Origin: Escherichia coli | GTDB taxonomy: Bacteria > Pseudomonadota > Gammaproteobacteria > Enterobacterales > Enterobacteriaceae | Assembly: GCF_030384885.1 (NCBI RefSeq) | Contig: NZ_CP128613.1 | Length of the DNA stretch: 64,000 bases | Direction: 5' to 3' (one strand) | In this document: piece after piece, positions 62,117 to 64,000 of the stretch | Layout: each line of letters opens with the position of its first letter | Position numbering within the stretch: position 1 is the stretch's first letter | The notes under the pieces: model-generated | What the model was told of the DNA's origin: nothing | What the model saw: the letters and a program-made list of their open reading frames with translations, nothing else | The model's database searches: none | Position numbers and translations under genes: made by a program

Positions 62117-63478
62117 TCACTTACCGTGGGGGTTACGCGTGGTTTCCCCGGAGAAATTACGCATCAGCAGCGCGTAATTTAGCTCAAGATCCTGCGGGAC
62201 CGGGATCCACACAGTATAACCATCGCCCGGTGCGACCGGCATTGCTTCGCCTTTGGCGTTTTCCATATGCTCAAGGGTAAAGTTAATGTTCCCTTGCGGC
62301 GTCATCAGCTCAAGGCTGTCGCCAACGGAGAATTTATTTTTCACCGCTACCGCCGCGAGGTCGCCCTTGCGCTCACCGGTAAACTCACCAACAAACTGCT
62401 GGCGGTCAGAAACTGAATAACCGTATTCGTAGTTCTGATAATCGTCGTGAGTATGACGACGCAGGAAACCTTCGGTATAGCCACGATGCGCCAGACCTTC
62501 CAGAGTTTCCAGCAGGCTGGTATCGAATGGTTTTCCCGCAGCTGCGTCATCGATAGCTTTACGGTAAACCTGCGCGGTGCGTGCGCAATAGTAGAAAGAT
62601 TTTGTACGACCTTCGATTTTCAGCGAATGCACGCCCATTTTGGTCAGGCGTTCTACGTGGGCAATGGCGCGCAAATCTTTTGAGTTCATGATGTAAGTGC
62701 CGTGCTCATCTTCAAACGCGGTCATATACTCGCCCGGACGCTGGGCTTCTTCGATCATAAACACTTTGTCGGTTGGCGCGCCGATACCCAGCGTCGGCTC
62801 AACATTTTGCACCGGAATTGGCTCGTACTTGTGTACGATGTTGCCAACGTCATCTTCTTTACCTTCCTGGACGTTGTACTCCCAGCGGCAGGCGTTGGTG
62901 CAGGTGCCCTGGTTCGGATCGCGCTTGTTGATATAACCAGAGAGCAGGCAGCGACCAGAGTAGGCCATGCACAGCGCGCCGTGAACGAAGATTTCGAGTT
63001 CCATATCCGGCACCTGATTGCGGATCTCTTCAATCTCTTCCAGCGACAGTTCGCGAGAGAGGATCACGCGGGTCAGGCCCATTTGCTGCCAGAATTTCAC
63101 CGTCGCCCAGTTCACTGCGTTAGCCTGTACCGAGAGATGGATCGGCATTTCAGGGAAGTGCTCACGCACCAGCATAATCAGCCCTGGATCGGACATAATC
63201 AGCGCATCCGGCCCCATTTCCACCACCGGTTTCAGGTCACGGATAAAGGTTTTCAACTTAGCGTTGTGCGGTGCAATGTTGACCACGACATAAAACTTTT
63301 TCCCCAGCGCGTGGGCTTCATTAATGCCGAGCTGAAGATTTTCGTGGTTGAATTCGTTGTTGCGCACACGCAGGGAGTAACGCGGCTGGCCCGCATAAAC
63401 AGCATCTGCGCCATAAGCGAAAGCGTAACGCATATTTTTCAGCGTTCCCGCCGGGGAAAGGAGTTCCGGTTTAAACAT
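62117..63478 (-). CDS. yegQ: Peptidase U32-family protein YegQ (TrhP, tRNA U34 hydroxylation)
   Basis: 453 aa beginning MFKPELLSPAGTLKNMRYAFAYGADAVYAGQPRYSLRVRNNEF; U32 Cys-rich region. Confidence 0.93.
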   Translation of the reverse strand: MFKPELLSPAGTLKNMRYAFAYGADAVYAGQPRYSLRVRNNEFNHENLQLGINEAHALGKKFYVVVNIAPHNAKLKTFIRDLKPVVEMGPDALIMSDPGLIMLVREHFPEMPIHLSVQANAVNWATVKFWQQMGLTRVILSRELSLEEIEEIRNQVPDMELEIFVHGALCMAYSGRCLLSGYINKRDPNQGTCTNACRWEYNVQEGKEDDVGNIVHKYEPIPVQNVEPTLGIGAPTDKVFMIEEAQRPGEYMTAFEDEHGTYIMNSKDLRAIAHVERLTKMGVHSLKIEGRTKSFYYCARTAQVYRKAIDDAAAGKPFDTSLLETLEGLAHRGYTEGFLRRHTHDDYQNYEYGYSVSDRQQFVGEFTGERKGDLAAVAVKNKFSVGDSLELMTPQGNINFTLEHMENAKGEAMPVAPGDGYTVWIPVPQDLELNYALLMRNFSGETTRNPHGK

Positions 63479-63681
63479 AATTCTCTCGTTCTGATGACAG
63501 GTCAGATCCGCTTCACCTGATGAAGCGGTTGGGGGAGTGCCCCCACTTTAAGGGCGGGCATTGTAGCGCAATCGGTGGGGTTGACTCCAGTGACAATGTT
63601 AAGGGAAAGACTGCGCATTTATTTCGTTTTGACTCCGATAGTCGTCAGGTTCAATTGTTATCAGTTGACCTTAATTTGGTG

Positions 63682-63951
63682 TTAAAGAAAGGGAATATAA
63701 CCCCATAACTTGTTGTGAAGTTCCGGATTGCAGGTAAAAAGCGCCTGAAGTTGCTGACGCTGAGGAGCATTTGGTTGAATGCCCGAAAGATTGAAATTGC
63801 GTTGCCATATCGCGAGCTGTTTACCTGCAAATTCTTCAGTTAGCTTGTGTTGCGATTGCAGAAGAAGAATTAAACAGGCCCATTTGTTCAAGTTATGATA
63901 CAGCCGACAATATGCGCAAGCATGTTTAACTGACGGTGCGTTTTCCAGCAA
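63682..63951 (-). CDS. Hypothetical 89-aa ORF of doubtful coding status
   Basis: Only an open frame (MLENAPSVKHACAYCRLYHNLNKWACL...); no recognisable family and no clear SD checked. Confidence 0.15.
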   Translation of the reverse strand: MLENAPSVKHACAYCRLYHNLNKWACLILLLQSQHKLTEEFAGKQLAIWQRNFNLSGIQPNAPQRQQLQALFTCNPELHNKLWGYIPFL

Positions 63952-64000
63952 CTTACGTATTTCCTCGAACGTAAGCGGAACTCGACACCATACACAGATG

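Noticed and set aside
62702-63520. 272-aa ORF antisense to yegQ
   Set aside because: Shadow ORF inside yegQ

Overview
This window reads as Escherichia coli chromosome, inverted relative to K-12 numbering, and gene-dense with no IS element, prophage or CRISPR array. Gene order, left to right: a truncated CDS 3' end, yohD, yohC, pbpG, REP cluster, dld, bglX, osmF-yehYXW (osmoprotectant ABC transporter), yohO, mlrA, btsS-btsR, yehS, yehR, yehQ-P-M-L, a type I toxin-antitoxin insert, yehK, yehI, two tandem full-length MolR-like genes, metG, apbC, the yehEDCBA fimbrial operon, rcnB, rcnA, rcnR, thiM-thiD with its TPP riboswitch, yegX, yegW, yegV-U-T, fbaB, gatYZABCD-gatR, yegS, yegR, cyaR sRNA, yegQ. 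All gene names and K-12 comparisons are from memory of protein sequences and gene order; nothing was searched. The best candidate for an undescribed system is the minus-strand block 15576-34623: a translationally coupled yehL-M-P-Q operon (MoxR-type AAA+ ATPase, 759-aa unknown, VWA/MIDAS protein, double-SWIM zinc-finger protein) next to yehK and three tandem giant DUF4132-type paralogs, two with an N-terminal WGR domain. Its function is unknown and any defence or conflict role is speculation. Between yehK and yehL sits a zorO/orzO-like type I toxin-antitoxin module (29-aa hydrophobic toxin ORF, divergent antisense sRNA) plus a truncated second antitoxin-like copy whose toxin-side promoter now points antisense into yehK. 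The strain is not K-12-like: molR-like genes and gatR are intact, and the P2-remnant genes ogrK/yegZ are absent next to cyaR.
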